Source: Nemertoderma westbladi (Eukaryota > Animalia > Xenacoelomorpha). From it: 64,000 nucleotides of DNA. Both the position numbers and the translations under genes were made by a program. The stretch spans positions 38,910 through 102,909 of the forward strand of contig JAUCBJ010002788.1 of the NCBI GenBank assembly GCA_032718475.1. Reading direction: 5' to 3'. Below, piece after piece: positions 27,295 to 40,841 of this stretch (positions are counted from its first letter, which is position 1; the number at the start of each line of letters is the position of its first letter). Below the pieces are notes generated by a model. The model worked only from the letters and a program-made list of their open reading frames with translations. It had not been told where the DNA came from and made no database searches.

Positions 27295-27760
27295 CTGCCA
27301 TCATCAGCGAGACGAAATTCGTGGGTGGATGATCGTCGACCTAGAAGAGGATGGATGTTTCATGTACCCCAAGTGTGGATGATGGTGTCATTGGCGGTTA
27401 TGGGAGACTCACTACAAGAGTTGAGCAGTTTATCGTGGGCAGAGGCAGGGTAGACTGAGTAATCTGCACCACAGTCGACTAATAAGTTGGGACCAAGAGT
27501 AGCGGTCACTGACCTTCATTGTTTTTTCGTCGGTCGTTTGATCATGGCAGAACGTGGATACAGCTAGCGGCCAGTCTGGGAGTTTCCCGAGGTTGAAAAC
27601 TTAGGCCGAATTGGGGCGGGTGCATTCGGTTCAAGGTGACGGAGGATGCAACTATCATGGTTACATTTACGGGTATATTCTCCAAATCTATCGCGTAAAA
27701 AACAAAGTTCATTACGGATTCTTGCTGTTGGCTTCGAGGAAGGCGGCGCTGAATGTGCAG
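27295..27760 (-). pseudogene. Gypsy gag-protease remnant
   Basis: LCFLRDRFGEYTRKCNHDSC (CxxHxRFG..A..C..PC gag type), then LLVDCGADYSVYP (protease D-x-G) and TANDTIIHTWGT, with stops. Confidence 0.7.
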
Positions 27761-29542
27761 AGTTGATGACTGGGTGCCAGAAATTTTTAACATTTTTATT
27801 TTGATATCCTAAGTTGTACACTATATAATTGTGCTTGTATCTTGAATATTCTTCATCTTGTACTGTACATTTTTCGTCTGTTGGTTAGTTAATTTGGCTT
27901 GAGTTAATTTGGGAAATAAATATGAATCTGAATATTTCATGATCTACAAAATTCGGTATAAAGTTTATTGCGATAAATTCTTTATTTGTGTTGTTGTTTA
28001 CAAATAATACAACAATAATGGTGCCGAGTTAGCACCAACTTGCTAAAGTGCGAAATGGAAAAAATCACTGCAAGGAAGGTAATGCTAATCTGTGTCAAAA
28101 CAAATTCCAGGAATTCAATGTCCCACCTTCAATCTTAAAGCAGTTGCTAAAACGGTTTACCTTGAATTCACTAATCTAGCTCAATCTCATGAATTTCTGG
28201 GTAGGCTTTAACTGTATGTAGGGAAGTGTTCATTCCTTCTTGCATCCAAAAATGAATTATTACTTCCACAGAATCCATCATTGTAACTAACTATATTTAA
28301 TTTTAATGTCTCTGAAACTAAACATCCTGTTGTTGGTCCAATAGAATGCCTCATCCGAATGCAACGTGGCAGTGTATTCCTTACACAAGTCAGTTTGTTG
28401 TAATGTACACTATGTAGCTGTGGTGGTATAGAATGCATTACAATTAAGTCAAATTACAGTATTCCTTACTGCAGTTATACGAACAAAATAAAAAAGCAGC
28501 TGTATTTTAACAGAATGATAGGAATGTATTGTAATTATTTTTTACATTACACATATCCGTATTAACTAAATATAACATTGTCAATTAAACGCAATGATAA
28601 AGATTCCAGCTATGATGCAACAATGTACGGTTATCTGTATGTGGGATGGTTGGGGGAGAGGGGGGGGGGGGGGGGGTGTAGTGTTCCATATCGGTTACAT
28701 TCATTAGTTCACATACATACAAACATCCATAAATCGTTACATGGCACATCTCCGCACTTACCGATACAATGGCCCACCATATTTATTTTCCTGTCACCTA
28801 TAAAAAGTTACCGCAGTTTGATACTTAATCCGAAATGGAGTTGGCTGATTACTTTGCTGATTTCTTTGATGGTAAAATTTACTGTACTGTATTCTAGTGC
28901 AGTATTACTTTATTAGCCCTTTCAAAAATTAAATTTAAAAATTGGAATCATTAATAATAACATTGCATTTAAATGATGTTATAATCATTACTCGTGTCAT
29001 CAATTCAATAACAATCACTGACATACCTACCCTATCTAAATTGTATTATTTGCCTGTTACTGACGTGTGATTGGGATTTAAAGAGATCGCAGGGATCGCA
29101 GCGGTGCTGCCAATGTGGCATTACTCGCTGTGGTTGCTGCACATCAGGATGATGCGGCTGTAACAAAGCGCGGTGTCCCTGTATTAGCTGCGCGCAGTTC
29201 CTTGCAGGAGGATGCAGGGAACCGATTTACAAGCCCGAGTCCCAATACCCGTATGCAATCAACTTAGTCCCAACCGCCCATCCCAATAAACTTTTCCTCC
29301 CGAAATGACACATTGAATATCATGGATGCCGGGCTCCCAGAGAGCCAAACTTCATTCAACTCACTAAATAAGACATTGGTAACTACGCCAACAGATTCAG
29401 AGAGGGGCGCCGACCAGTCTGTCGATAAACCTAACATCCCATCCCAATCCCGACCAATAACTGCAATGCTCGGCAGTCCTCGTTTCCCATGCCACCCCAC
29501 GGATTCCCCAACAGTTCAATCCTCAACGATGTTTGAACGTTC

Positions 29543-30135
29543 ATGAAGTTGACCCACTTGACTCCCGACCCCCAGGATTTAATGACAAGAGCCTATGGGT
29601 CCACTTTGGTTGGTAAAGGGACTGCCAAAGACATCATTCTACACCATTGGAGACTCGCTACACGGTTGAATGGTTCTAAATACCGATTACCGGGTGGTGC
29701 TGTTGGGCGTGATGTTGTGGCGCTGTTGGCTTCAGAAACAACGACCTTCGTATCTGCACTACAATACAATGCGGCCAATGCCTGGTCTGAGAAAATCCTG
29801 CTTGCGGACTCACTTCTCCTCCATCGTGACCCAAAGGTAATTAAAGGTGCCGACATCCGCCGCCTCCTCACCCGCAGAATCGGTCTGTGGCAATTGGAGC
29901 AACTGGAAGTCCTCCTCCAGGAGGTGGAACGCTGCTCCCTGAAGTTTGGCCCTGGGAAGAGGGTCGGTTGATGTCAGCCAGCTGATGAGAGAGGTGTTCA
30001 CTTGCCTTATGCTTGAGGGTAAAGTTCGGAGTGTGGTTTGATGGGTGATGGGCCGGGAGTCAGGCGGTGTCATGGATCCCAGCGATGAAGTTGACAAAGG
30101 TGGCTGCAAAGTAAGTGTTTTTGATGTTTCTGGGA
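29543..30135 (+). pseudogene. Fragment of a CRE-like non-LTR element ORF (region upstream of RT)
   Basis: YRLPGGAVGR, ADIRRLLTRRIGLW..LLQE, then after a frameshift FTCLMLEGKVRS..GGVMDPSD..SVFDV. Confidence 0.6.
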
Positions 30136-30720
30136 TGTCGGGGGTATTTAACGGGTCATTTAAGTGACTTAAAAGATTCTCAAAATGAGTTTCAAGTTTA
30201 TCCATTGGTATAGGTGCTACATTGTTTGGTTTGCCTTCTCTCAGCAAAGTCCATGGTGTAATTTCAGTTTGAGCTATACGTTCTAGAAGGCGATCTTCCT
30301 CATAAATTTCACGTTTGTATTTCAGCAGTTTTTTGTATTCACGGCGTGCTTCCCAGAAAATGTCTTTGTCAGTAGTAGAGAAATTCCTTTTTGAGAACAA
30401 ATGCAGCATGTGTAGTTTGCGATCACGACATTCATTGTCGAACCATGGTTTTCCGTTTTGAGGTCGTCTTATCGACTTTGGTAGAACTGAGTCTGTTATA
30501 GCATCAGTTAAACATCTGTTGGCAACATTGATATCAGCGTTAACAGCTAGTTCGAAGGCTGCTACTGAAAGGAGCGGGTGGTCTCGTAGTTTGCTGGTGT
30601 TCAAATTCCGCGAAACTAGCGGGGCACGCTGGTTGAGTGGAGACATACGACCGCAAACGATCGCAATGCAAATTTCAATGCAGAGCAATACCAGCTGGGC
30701 CCTGCGTTCCAATCATCTAG
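30135..30720 (-). pseudogene. LINE ORF2 fragment (endonuclease-RT linker)
   Basis: KPWFDNECRDRK...ARREYKKLLKYK...PWTLL...IPMDKLETHFENLL. Confidence 0.7.
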
Positions 30721-31199
30721 CTGGAAACGCAGCGGCCAACGACACCGTCACCTAGCAACAAGAACCACATCACACGGGTTTCATTTCAAGCTGTGTGAAA
30801 ATAATTCCTACCACGATCCATGTATTGACTGTATATGTCGTTTCTGTCTGCAACCTGCAAAGAACCGATACCATGCCCTAGTCTGCGACAAATGCCCAAC
30901 AATATCCACCTTATCCTCTCAATAACTAATTATTTTAGACCATATATTAATATTATAATAATTTATAAATTTTAGATTCCGTGCAATTTAATATATAATT
31001 ACAGCACTTAGGTTTTTACCATTTACCCCGACTGGGGGGTGTCCAGATTAATTAATAAAGTAAGTGTTTTTGAAGCGCTACGAAGCAAGCACCATTCTTA
31101 ATCCAATTACTCAAAGAAAGGTTGCTGAATGTAGAGATTCTTAATAACTTCCGTCCGGTATTCAATTTTGTATTCTTATCCTAAATAATAGAAAAAGTA

Positions 31200-31530
31200 G
31201 CGGCAAATCATCTAATCCACTACATTAATTTGAATTCTCTTTACAAACCGCATCAGACAGTCAGAGTGCATATAGAAAGTATTACTGCGCCGAAACATCA
31301 ATACTACGCGTATCCAATGATGCCTTGCGAACCTTCGATGATGGATCGGCAGTTTTATTAATAACATTAGATTTATGTGTCGCATTCGATACTGTTGACC
31401 ATAATCATCATAAGTTATTGTCGATTTTAGAAAACCAAATGAGATAGTTGTCTAGCGTTACAGTAGTGCGAATCTTATCGAATCGATCTGTCACAGCAAG
31501 AACGAATATGAAATTCATTTTCTGAACAAA
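31200..31530 (+). pseudogene. L2/CR1-type RT fragment
   Basis: YRKYYCAETSILRVSNDAL..DDGSAVLLITLDLCVAFDTVDH. Confidence 0.75.
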
Positions 31531-32338
31531 AAATGTTACGGTAACGGCGTTGTGTAGATGGGCGCCGTACCATAAACGTGAGTTTGCGCGACTACGCGGC
31601 CATCCAGGTAGGGAAGGTTCCCACTGTTAATGAAAGACATGATGTTTCTGTAGACTACATATGATATGTATATTGTTCGTATTGATCCCCCCCCCCCCCC
31701 CCCCCCACCTCTAAAATCTACAAATTTTAACGAAAACAAACGTCTGATGTTTACGTAGATTTCACTCGTCTGAATCCGACTGCAAAAAAAATTTTGAAAA
31801 CATGAACTGGTGAGGTGGTTATTTGGCAGCACCAAAATTACAAGTAGTGAACAATTTTCATAAAATTTGAAAGTTTAAATTTTCGGCTAACTGTTTTTCA
31901 ATTCAATTTTTCTGAGGCGCAAGATCCATTGGAAAATATTTAAAAATTATCTTATTACTATAAATGGGTGTTTTAGACCTCTACATAGGCAAAAAATGAA
32001 AGAAAAAAAACAAGTAACCAGCACTTTTCAGTTTGAACACAAAATTTTGAATTCACTTATACGATGCTATAAATTCATATTTTCCGGTTTTCTTGGGCGC
32101 TGATTCTAATGGAATACATTTCTAATTTGCTAGATCATTGCCACTCGTATTTTTCTGCATAATTTGGCAAATTTTGGTGCTAGCACCAAATTTCGTACCC
32201 ATCACCAAAAAGTACAAGTTTGAGATTGTCCAATCTAAATCTAGTGCGGTTTTTATTGATTCCATCGGATTCAGAACCCTCATAAGCCCGTATAACGCAA
32301 GAAATAAGATGATACTATCTATTGATCAATTTGTTTAT

Positions 32339-33841
32339 TGTAAAGGCTTTTGAGGATATAACTAGTTATTTTCCCCGCAAAGTACTCTGTAGGTGTTTTA
32401 GCGGACATAAAAAGCCGTTTTCTTACTGTGTAGGTGTTTTACTGGACATAAAAAGCCATTTTTCTGTATGTGTACTTTAGCGGACATAACAAGCCATTTT
32501 GTGCCGCAATACGCCAAAATACTCTTAATACAGTGTAGTTCAGATGACGACATCTATCAGCTGATATGTCGATGTGGAGCTTTTTGGCTTTATTTGTTCG
32601 GCTCGCTCGACCAATCAGAGCGATTTTCACTTTGTGTTGGACCATGCCTACAGAAACTCACGCAATTCAGTCAGTGTGTATCTTTCTAAGCCCAGAACAC
32701 CGGCTTAGGATTCTTCTGTACTTCTGTGGAAGTTTCAGACTTTGACCTAAACCTCAGAAACATCAGATGGCTTTGATCAAAGGAACGTAAAACTATTTAC
32801 GCAGCACACCGCCACATCGCGGCATCACGCAACGCGATTCAACTACACATACTGACTGTTCACCGCATTATTTGATTCTGTTATTAATTGGTGTTACTGT
32901 GTTATATTGGTATATATTGCTGATATATTTGGAGAATACCGATGAATAATCATAAAACCCTCAATCTCTTTGATTACTAAAGGTTAGAGGAACAGGTTTA
33001 CCGGTAGCAACTGCGACTTACATTATAGTGGTTTTTGTGTGAATTGAATGCTATTTCATAATCCCTACATGTGTCTACTACTAGGATCGGCATGCTGCAT
33101 TGCAGCTGCATTTTTAAGAATGCTGTGCCGGCTTGTCAACAAAATTGCACCGCCACAACTCCCTATCACCCATGACATTTGCTAGATCATCCGCATCTTT
33201 AAGGCCAGTGTCCTTTAAGATGCGTCTCAAGAAAGTCATGGGCTGTCCACCTTGCTTATTCGCTCCATGAGGCTGCCAAAGTACAAGATTATGCACTGGC
33301 TGGTCCTCACGGCGAAAGCAATGTCCTGCAAAGCGGAGGCGATTTTGTTCTAGTGTCAAGCTTGGTCAAGACATGTGTCAGTTGCGATCCTCCTTATATA
33401 TGATCAAATTCAGTGACGGTCGGCAGATCAGTGCGCAGTAGTATGAACTAGTGTGAAGTCGTGTGAAGTAGTGTGAAGGTTAATAAAGCATCTCCTAAAG
33501 AATGCGCTTTTTACGAAACTCAGTAGCCATCCAGTTGTGATTAGTATAAGTCATAACTCTATTTTATACCTAAAGCGCCACGTCCTAAAGGAACTGTTAA
33601 TATTTCCCCGAAAGTGAATAATATTGTCAGAGATTATATATTAACGATCAATCGAATAATACAGTAGGTCTACACTGCAATCACTATCAAAGCATCCGAA
33701 TCCAGTCTCCCTTAACTGCGGGTGAATGGTCGCACACAGGCTGGCTTCGGCTGATGTACCTTCAGTACATTAAATAATTGATATACAAAAAGACAATTAA
33801 AATTAGCTGGTTAAACTGCAAAAGGTCTAAAAGCGCGAACA
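32339..33841 (+). repeat. 5' LTR of the BEL element (1199 bp plus a 304-bp RTE insertion)
   Basis: tgtaaaggc...gcgcgaaca; about 20 substitutions relative to the 3' LTR, counted by eye. Confidence 0.95.
33076..33370 (-). mobile_element. Short 5'-truncated RTE copy inserted in the 5' LTR
   Basis: Nearly identical to about 18817-19105. 9-bp TSD acatgtgtc (33067-33075 and 33371-33379); single acatgtgtc in the 3' LTR at 44934. Confidence 0.95.
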
Positions 33842-35810
33842 TTAATAGTTTTCAGTTCTGATTGCAGTGTAGGCAATAAATATATTTTGTCTAATGTTCT
33901 GGTAAGAACATTAATAGTTTTATTCTTGATTGCACGTAGGCAATAAATTCGAAGGTACCGGTCGAACGGTAAGCTGTAGGCCTAACTGCCCAACTGCCCG
34001 AACCGGTACTTACAGGTACAGCAGTATTATTCGATTTTGATAATTATATACCGGTAGGTCTTGATATTTAATCAGGGACGGCCGCCCTGGTTTTTTATTG
34101 GGATTTTACTTATTTCTGTCAGTTTTATTTATCTGTAAGTTAATATTGAGCAGAAGGCGTGTAAGCCTGCTCAGATTGTACAAATAATTTGTAGGCTAGA
34201 TTGTTGTCTGACTGTTGTTAAGTTTGAAGAGATTGCAGTGTGTGTAGATTGTATGTGCGATAAAGTGCTAGTTAGGAAGGTAGGGGCATCCCGTATTGTA
34301 AGGTAAATCCCCCCCGAAAGAATAAGTCGTACTACTCGGTTAGAACGCATATAACTAACCATTTCGGAGTCTGCATATACTGTAGTTTATTTAGGCTTGA
34401 TAGTAGTCTGCCAGCGTTTGGTTTGTATTTTGTTTGTGTAGTCTGTACGGGTAGCGTAATATTTATTATTCAGAGTTTATGCAATTATTCGCAATATACA
34501 CAACCCCAAGTTTATTCCTACAGTAATTGTGCTTGTTATATATACCGTTATAGTTAAATTAACCCCGATACTACATCAGGGCTGCTTGGCGTAGGTAAAG
34601 ACTGGTGATTTTATGCTCTAGTCACTCCAGCAGATACCGTGGTTCTTTTAGCTGTACAAGTATTTTTAACTGCTGGTTATTTGTTGTATAAGTACTTGTA
34701 CCTAATTTAGGGTTTAGTGTACAGTGTTTTCCGAAGGTAATTAGTGTATAGGCAGTATATTTGTGTTGTAAAGTGGTTAATAGGCACGTTAGCTATGGTT
34801 GGCTGCTGTAATTAACTTCTAGGGTACATAACGTAGTACTTATAGAGCTGTAAGCTAGAGACTATAAGTCGTCAGACGGTGGTATTTTCTTATCTAGACA
34901 ACGCAATATATTTACTACTGCATTATTATTTTCAAATACCGTAGTTTCCTGTTTGTTTGTAATAACCAGAAATTCTAACCCCTTGTTGGGCTGGTTTGTA
35001 GATTTCTTGTAAAATTAACCCTAAAAATTCGTACGTGTAATTTTTTGTGTTTATTTAGAGATTGTAATCTCACCCCGTAATTGTACGTAAGTTGTAGTAA
35101 TAAGTAACTTAGTAAATTAGAATTATTTGTTTTAGTGTCCAATAAGTAGCACTCCACTGAGAGCGTTCAGCTTCTGTGAAGTGACTCCTTACCTAGAAAT
35201 AATAAGATTTATTTCGAATATTGTCAAAACCCATTAAACTGGTATATATATATATATTATAAATCAACTCAAACCGATTTATAAAATAGTAGGCCTGTTA
35301 TACATAAATTAGGTCTTAATATCAGTTGGACTACTGCTTAAATAACGGTAATAAAGTGAAGTAAAGTAAATAGGTAACCCTAAAATTCAGAAATTCAATT
35401 ATTCTAAAATAATTGACATACCGGTATTTACGATAGGCTTATTATATTTATTCCATAAATTTAAGCTGAAAATATATACCGGTATTCTGTAATTAATTAT
35501 AGTCTATAATTATACTTATATATACACTATAAGTGTAAGCTGTATACCGGTATTCACGTTAGGCTTATTATATATCTATATATTTGCGCTGAAATTATAT
35601 ACCGGTATTCTGTGACGAACCCTAATATTCGATCCGTAATAATACTTATATACTATAAGTGTATACCGGTATTCTAATATATTGTATATATATCGCGTTA
35701 CATTGAGTAACGATATCGGTAATTAATTACTAGGCTTATAGTTGATACTGAATTACTAGACTTACTTTAACTGTAGTTATAGTAGTAGGCATTCAACTGT
35801 ACAATCAAAC

Positions 35811-38800
35811 ATGTCTGACACAAAACAAACACTGTCAGATAGTCTCTTAGAAAGTGCTAGAATGAGTGTTAGACAGGGTCTTAAAAAGATCTGGGACTCA
35901 GCTAAGAGTATAGAACGTCTGAGACCAAAGTCCAAGTCCCCTCCTACTGTAAGCAAGGTCATCCCTATAGTAGTAGTGTCAGACCCTAGGCTAGTAGAGC
36001 ACCATAGGTCTATCATAGGCACTAGGGCTCAAGTCAAGCGGGACCAAGAGGCAGCTGTTAAACAGCAGCACCAGCAACACCCGAGCCGAGAACTTATTTC
36101 TCAGCGGTCCGATAGCTCCAGTAGTTCAGATACTGTAGAGTTGACACCCGAGCGCGGAGCAAAGATGGCAGAAGCAGTTTATTCGGATCCACTTCTCATT
36201 CTTCCTGAAGCCGTACTCACTAGAGTATTGATTGCGGTGGAAGAACATCAAATGGATTGGGCGAGAAGTGAGCGATCGACCAAGGACAGTTATGCGGGAT
36301 ACACGAAGGAGGAACTGAAGTCTATTGTCGAGACGCAATGGAATTTCCCCGGACCCGGACTCCCGTTTAACTTATCGGAAGCTGCCTGGGAGGACTTATA
36401 CAGGATGGGAGTGACAAAGGACACTAGTGATCCAGCTGTGTGGAAGAGGTCGGCAGCAGGATATGTACAGGGATTCTTCAGCTCTTTGGAGCGATTAGAG
36501 GAACAACTGTTTCAACAACACCAAGGACCTCAAGAGCAGGGAGAGCTGCTTTATCAAGTTCGAGTAAGAATCCTAAGAATCAGACTACTCCTATCAGCCT
36601 TTGAGGAAGCTTCGAAGAGAATCCAAGACACGTCGTTGCAAGTTGCTGTCAAGACTTGGTTCCAACGGGTGAGTCTCAAGGTTCAAGGAACGACCCAGTG
36701 GAAATTTCAGCTGGCTGAGCGCTCAACCCACGGAGAATCAACAGACGCTACCTTTTCTCAAGTGGAAAGCGAAGCGCCATCAGAGAAACCTCAGAAGAAG
36801 GATGCCATTGACATCTATCTGTCAGACTATCAACAATTTATAGGTGACGAAGAGTTGAGGAGACGGCTGGCTGGACGTCGCCCTAATAGTGAAGGAGCCA
36901 AGTTTGTGTTGGACGCATTAGATGCGGAAATGTTAGCTGCGAACCAAGCTAAATTTGATGAAAGTAGCCGCATCGCTAGGGTTCAAGAAGAACAAGTAAA
37001 GAAAAAACGTATAGAAGACAGAAAGACAGCAGCGGCGGCAGCGGCAGAGGCAGAAGCGGAAAGAAAAGCGGCAGAATTGGAAAGAAAAGCGGCAGTGGCA
37101 GCGGCAGAAGTGGAAAGAAAAGTGGCAGCGGCAGTGGCAGAAGTAGAAAGAAAAGCGGCAGTGGCAGCGGCAGAAGCGGAAAGAAAAGCGGCAGAAGCGG
37201 AAAGAAAGATAGCAGTGGCAGAAGCAGAACGGAGGGCGTCTGAAGAGACCACCCAACTAGAGTTGGAAAATCTTCAAGAGAAGCAAGACTACATAGATAA
37301 ACAGAGAACAGCTAGTCAGTGGCAGATGATAAGTCGATCTACTCCCAAAAGACAGGGATTTACATCATCTGATAAAGGCGATACAACAGATCCTGAAGGC
37401 GGAGGAAATAGATCTCGTCTAAGTAGGCGTAGAAGAACGCCCCACAGTCAGAAATTGCCTAATTTGCCCCCAGCTGTGAGAAAGCAACTAGCTAGCACAG
37501 ACTTAGGTAGTACAGAACCCACAGACCAAATTATTAGAGTAGAAAGACTCCCTACTATAGTGGATGAACCTGAAATAATTAGGCCTGTTCTCGAAGCCAC
37601 TCCCTCTGTAATAGAGACCACTGTACTTCCAGAACCGAACTCTAAATTCCCTTTGCACAGTACTAAACTACCTGTATCCAGTGGGACAGTTCCTCAGTCA
37701 ACTCCGGTCCTGGACGCCGAGCGAGACATTAACAATTTGTCACCCGTCGTCCCTCGTCTACCCGCTACTATGTTGGCGGCTCCCGCTTCGGCGGTAGAGT
37801 GGGTGGATGAGCGACGGCGGGGGATGGATATTCTCCTCGGGCAGATGGAGGAGAATCAGGCACGCTCCTCCCAGCAGGTCCGAGAGTTGGAGGGGACTGT
37901 TCAACAGTTAAGGGGAACAGTAAGAGAGAGTAGGTTAGAATTGCAGGAAGTGCAGCAGAGTATCGCGTTAGAACGCGATAAGTTAGTAAATCTACAAAAG
38001 GATATACCAACACCCTCTGTAACAATGTGTCAACCTGTTAGGTCTGAAGTATTTCATGCACAAGGTGTGGAGCCTACACGCATCTATACTGCTAATGAAG
38101 TAGAAACTCCTATAGTGTACCCTATTAAGGGTAACGATAAACCTGTTGATAATGGTATTTCATATAGACCTGATAATAATCCGAGAAATTTATATACCGA
38201 TAACTCGATATTAAATAATACGATGGCCCAAGAAAGTTTTAGGCGTCAAATGGCTAGAACCGAAGCTCGTCAAGCGGTAAAGGTGGGAGAGATCGTCAAG
38301 TTCAATGGAGATGAGATGAAATGGTTACCTTTTAATGAATATTATAAAGATAACATACAGAACTCTGTGCTATCTAACGGAGAGAAACTTAGATTCCTCA
38401 TCGAGTGCTTGGAAGGATCTCCCAAGTTAATGGCGTTAAAGATTATTGGACATCCAGATGGATTAAGACAAGTTTGGGATACACTGAACATCAGGTATGG
38501 TAATAGGAATAACATAGCTAGGTATTTGTATGCAAAATTGGTAGCACCCCGAAAGTTCCTTAGCAGCGGGATTATAGAGTTTTCCGATGAGATTCAGGAG
38601 ATCTGTAGACAACTAGACTGGTTAGGTAAGTCTCATGAATACCAGAATTCTATGGTTGTAGGAGCCTTAGCATCAGCTTTGCCAAAGAGTGAAGTAGGTA
38701 CTCGCTGGGACAAAAAGGTTCTCTATTTAATGGACCAACAACATAGAGATCCAACCATGACGGACCTTCTGTCATTCTTAAACTGAGAGGTAAGATTACA

Positions 38801-40841
38801 ACTCCTAAAACAGTCTAGAGAGAAGACTCCTGAAAGTGAGGTAAGTGAAAATTCCGTTTCTAGGCGAAAAGTAACACCAGTGTGTTATACCGACGACGGC
38901 AAAAGCCAAACCTCCCACAAGGAGAACAGCGGGAAAGACACCGAAAGATCTTACTATGTCAACAACGCACCTAAAGACGTAAGTAAATTTAAGTCTCGAA
39001 CCAGTGACAGGAGAGAACAGACAACAAAAACTCCTCCCACGTCTCCTAAGAGAATTCATGGAAGAAAGCCCGAGGAGAGAACAAGTGTGCACAACACTAC
39101 ACAAGGTTATGTAAGTAACATCAAGCCCAAATGTGTATTGTGTGATGGGCCCCATTGCTTGAGTGGGTGTGATGAATTCTTAAAGAAATCCCTAAAGGAT
39201 AGACGTGATGTCATGTGGGATAAGAGGTTGTGTTATAATTGTCTCAGACGAGGACACCAACAGCGGACCTGTTACTCAGATGCTAGGTGTGCTAAGTGCG
39301 GCGCGAAACATCATATCTTGCTGCACACAGAATTTGAAAGAACCCGCACGAGTCAGGTAAGTGAGCCCGAACTACATGTCCAATTCAGTGATGTGAACGA
39401 CACTGACCTCAGTTCTGAGATGGAAGGATTCTACATGGATGAATTCTCCGACGAAAACGAATCCTGTTATCTAATAAACACCGCAGTGTATCGAGCACTT
39501 ATGTATGAGACTGAAACTGATAGTGAGCTCCCCCTAACTATTCCAGACCGACAACCATCTTGGAAAGCGCCAACTTCCAATGTAGGAATCCGGGAATCTC
39601 CCGTAGTGCAGTTGAGAGTCCACGGGTTAAAAAAGAGCTATATAGTGAATGCCCTCCTTGACTCCGGCAGCACAGGAACATTCATCGACAAAGAACTAGC
39701 CGAAGACATCTTTGCTGGACAACCCAAGTTCCGAACTAAGTTGAACCTTTCAGGAATTATGCAGGTTTGGAAATCTACAGTAGCTACAGACTACTATGTA
39801 GGCGCATTGTCCACCCCCCAGGATGAACTAGGAGAACACAGTATAAGGTCAGTAAAAATGGTGGCGATAAAGAACTTCGCTACCAGCCAAGTGGAACCTT
39901 ATAACTGGGATGAAGACGATTTCACCCAGCAGCATGAGATACCTAGATTCAACACTGACTACCCAGGGGTACAAATACTCATCGGCCAAAATGCGCATGA
40001 GGCGCTTGAGACATTAGAGAAACGGCCTGCTCAACTGCAACCACTGCAAACCTATGCGGGAAGAACTAGAGTAGGTTGGTACTTCACTGGACCTTCCCGT
40101 AGGACACTCATGGAAAGGCTACCCAAAGATCAGGTCCATCAGGTGAGTGAATGGGAAGAAGACATCAGTGAGGGAGAGACAACCACAACTGAGGGAACAC
40201 CATACTCCTCAGATAATGACGATATTAACTCTAATGTAGATCAATGGAGACATTGCCCCGAGACGATTAATCTAGCCGACATCGCTTCCAGAGGAGCAAC
40301 TCCTCAAGAACTGACAGATACTCCAGACTGGTTAGGTGGACCCGACTTCCTAAGTAAAGAAGATGAATGGCCTCCCCATCTTACCATGGCTGAGATTAGA
40401 CAAGCCAAGGGAGCGGAGAAAGTCAAACCTAAAACCCGGACGAGTAAATCAAGGTTATTTAAACCCGTGATAGATCTGTCTGTACTACACATTGCCAAGG
40501 ACGACGTTGTGGATCTAAACTCCCCCACCGCGAACAGATCTGTTGTGGAGATCAGAGAGAGAGACTGGAGATCTGGAACACCAGACGTCTCGCAGGGACT
40601 CTCACCTCTCCTGCCGGGAGCGATGGACCACTGTAGCTCCTGGAATCGGCTTTGTAAGGCCGTCGTGTATTTGAAGCGATGTTTCTATCGTCACTATTCC
40701 AGGACGAAGAGAAAACCTGGAATTGATTCGAAAATCAACAACTCAATCGCCCAGTTGGTCGTTTATGTTTACAGGAAAGAGACCGAGAACTGTCCGGAAA
40801 CTATGGAAGGCAAGATACTCTTCCCACGACGACCTCCCTAA
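35811..40841 (+). pseudogene. BEL/Pao gag-protease polyprotein with one in-frame TGA (38784-38786) and RT/RNase H core/integrase missing
   Basis: DUF1759-like KFNGDEMKWLPF...LSNGEKLRFLIECLEG; three BEL knuckles (CVLCDGPHCLSGC, CYNCLRRGHQQRTC, CAKCGAKHHILLH); protease NALLDSGS; then directly QWRHCP..NLADIASRG..WLGGPDFL. The two tracked ORFs are in the same frame. Confidence 0.9.

Noticed and set aside
28020-28440. Coding-looking stretch
   Set aside because: No recognisable motif or consistent frame; I could not assign it.
29810-30712. 300-aa minus-strand ORF as a gene
   Set aside because: Chimera of a LINE linker fragment running into the antisense of the CRE-like fragment.
32439-32689. Small ORFs duplicated at 44306-44556
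   Set aside because: Duplicated only because they lie inside the LTRs; no coding signal.
38775-38786. CTTAAAC as a -1 frameshift site
   Set aside because: The downstream ORF is in the same frame, so no shift is needed.
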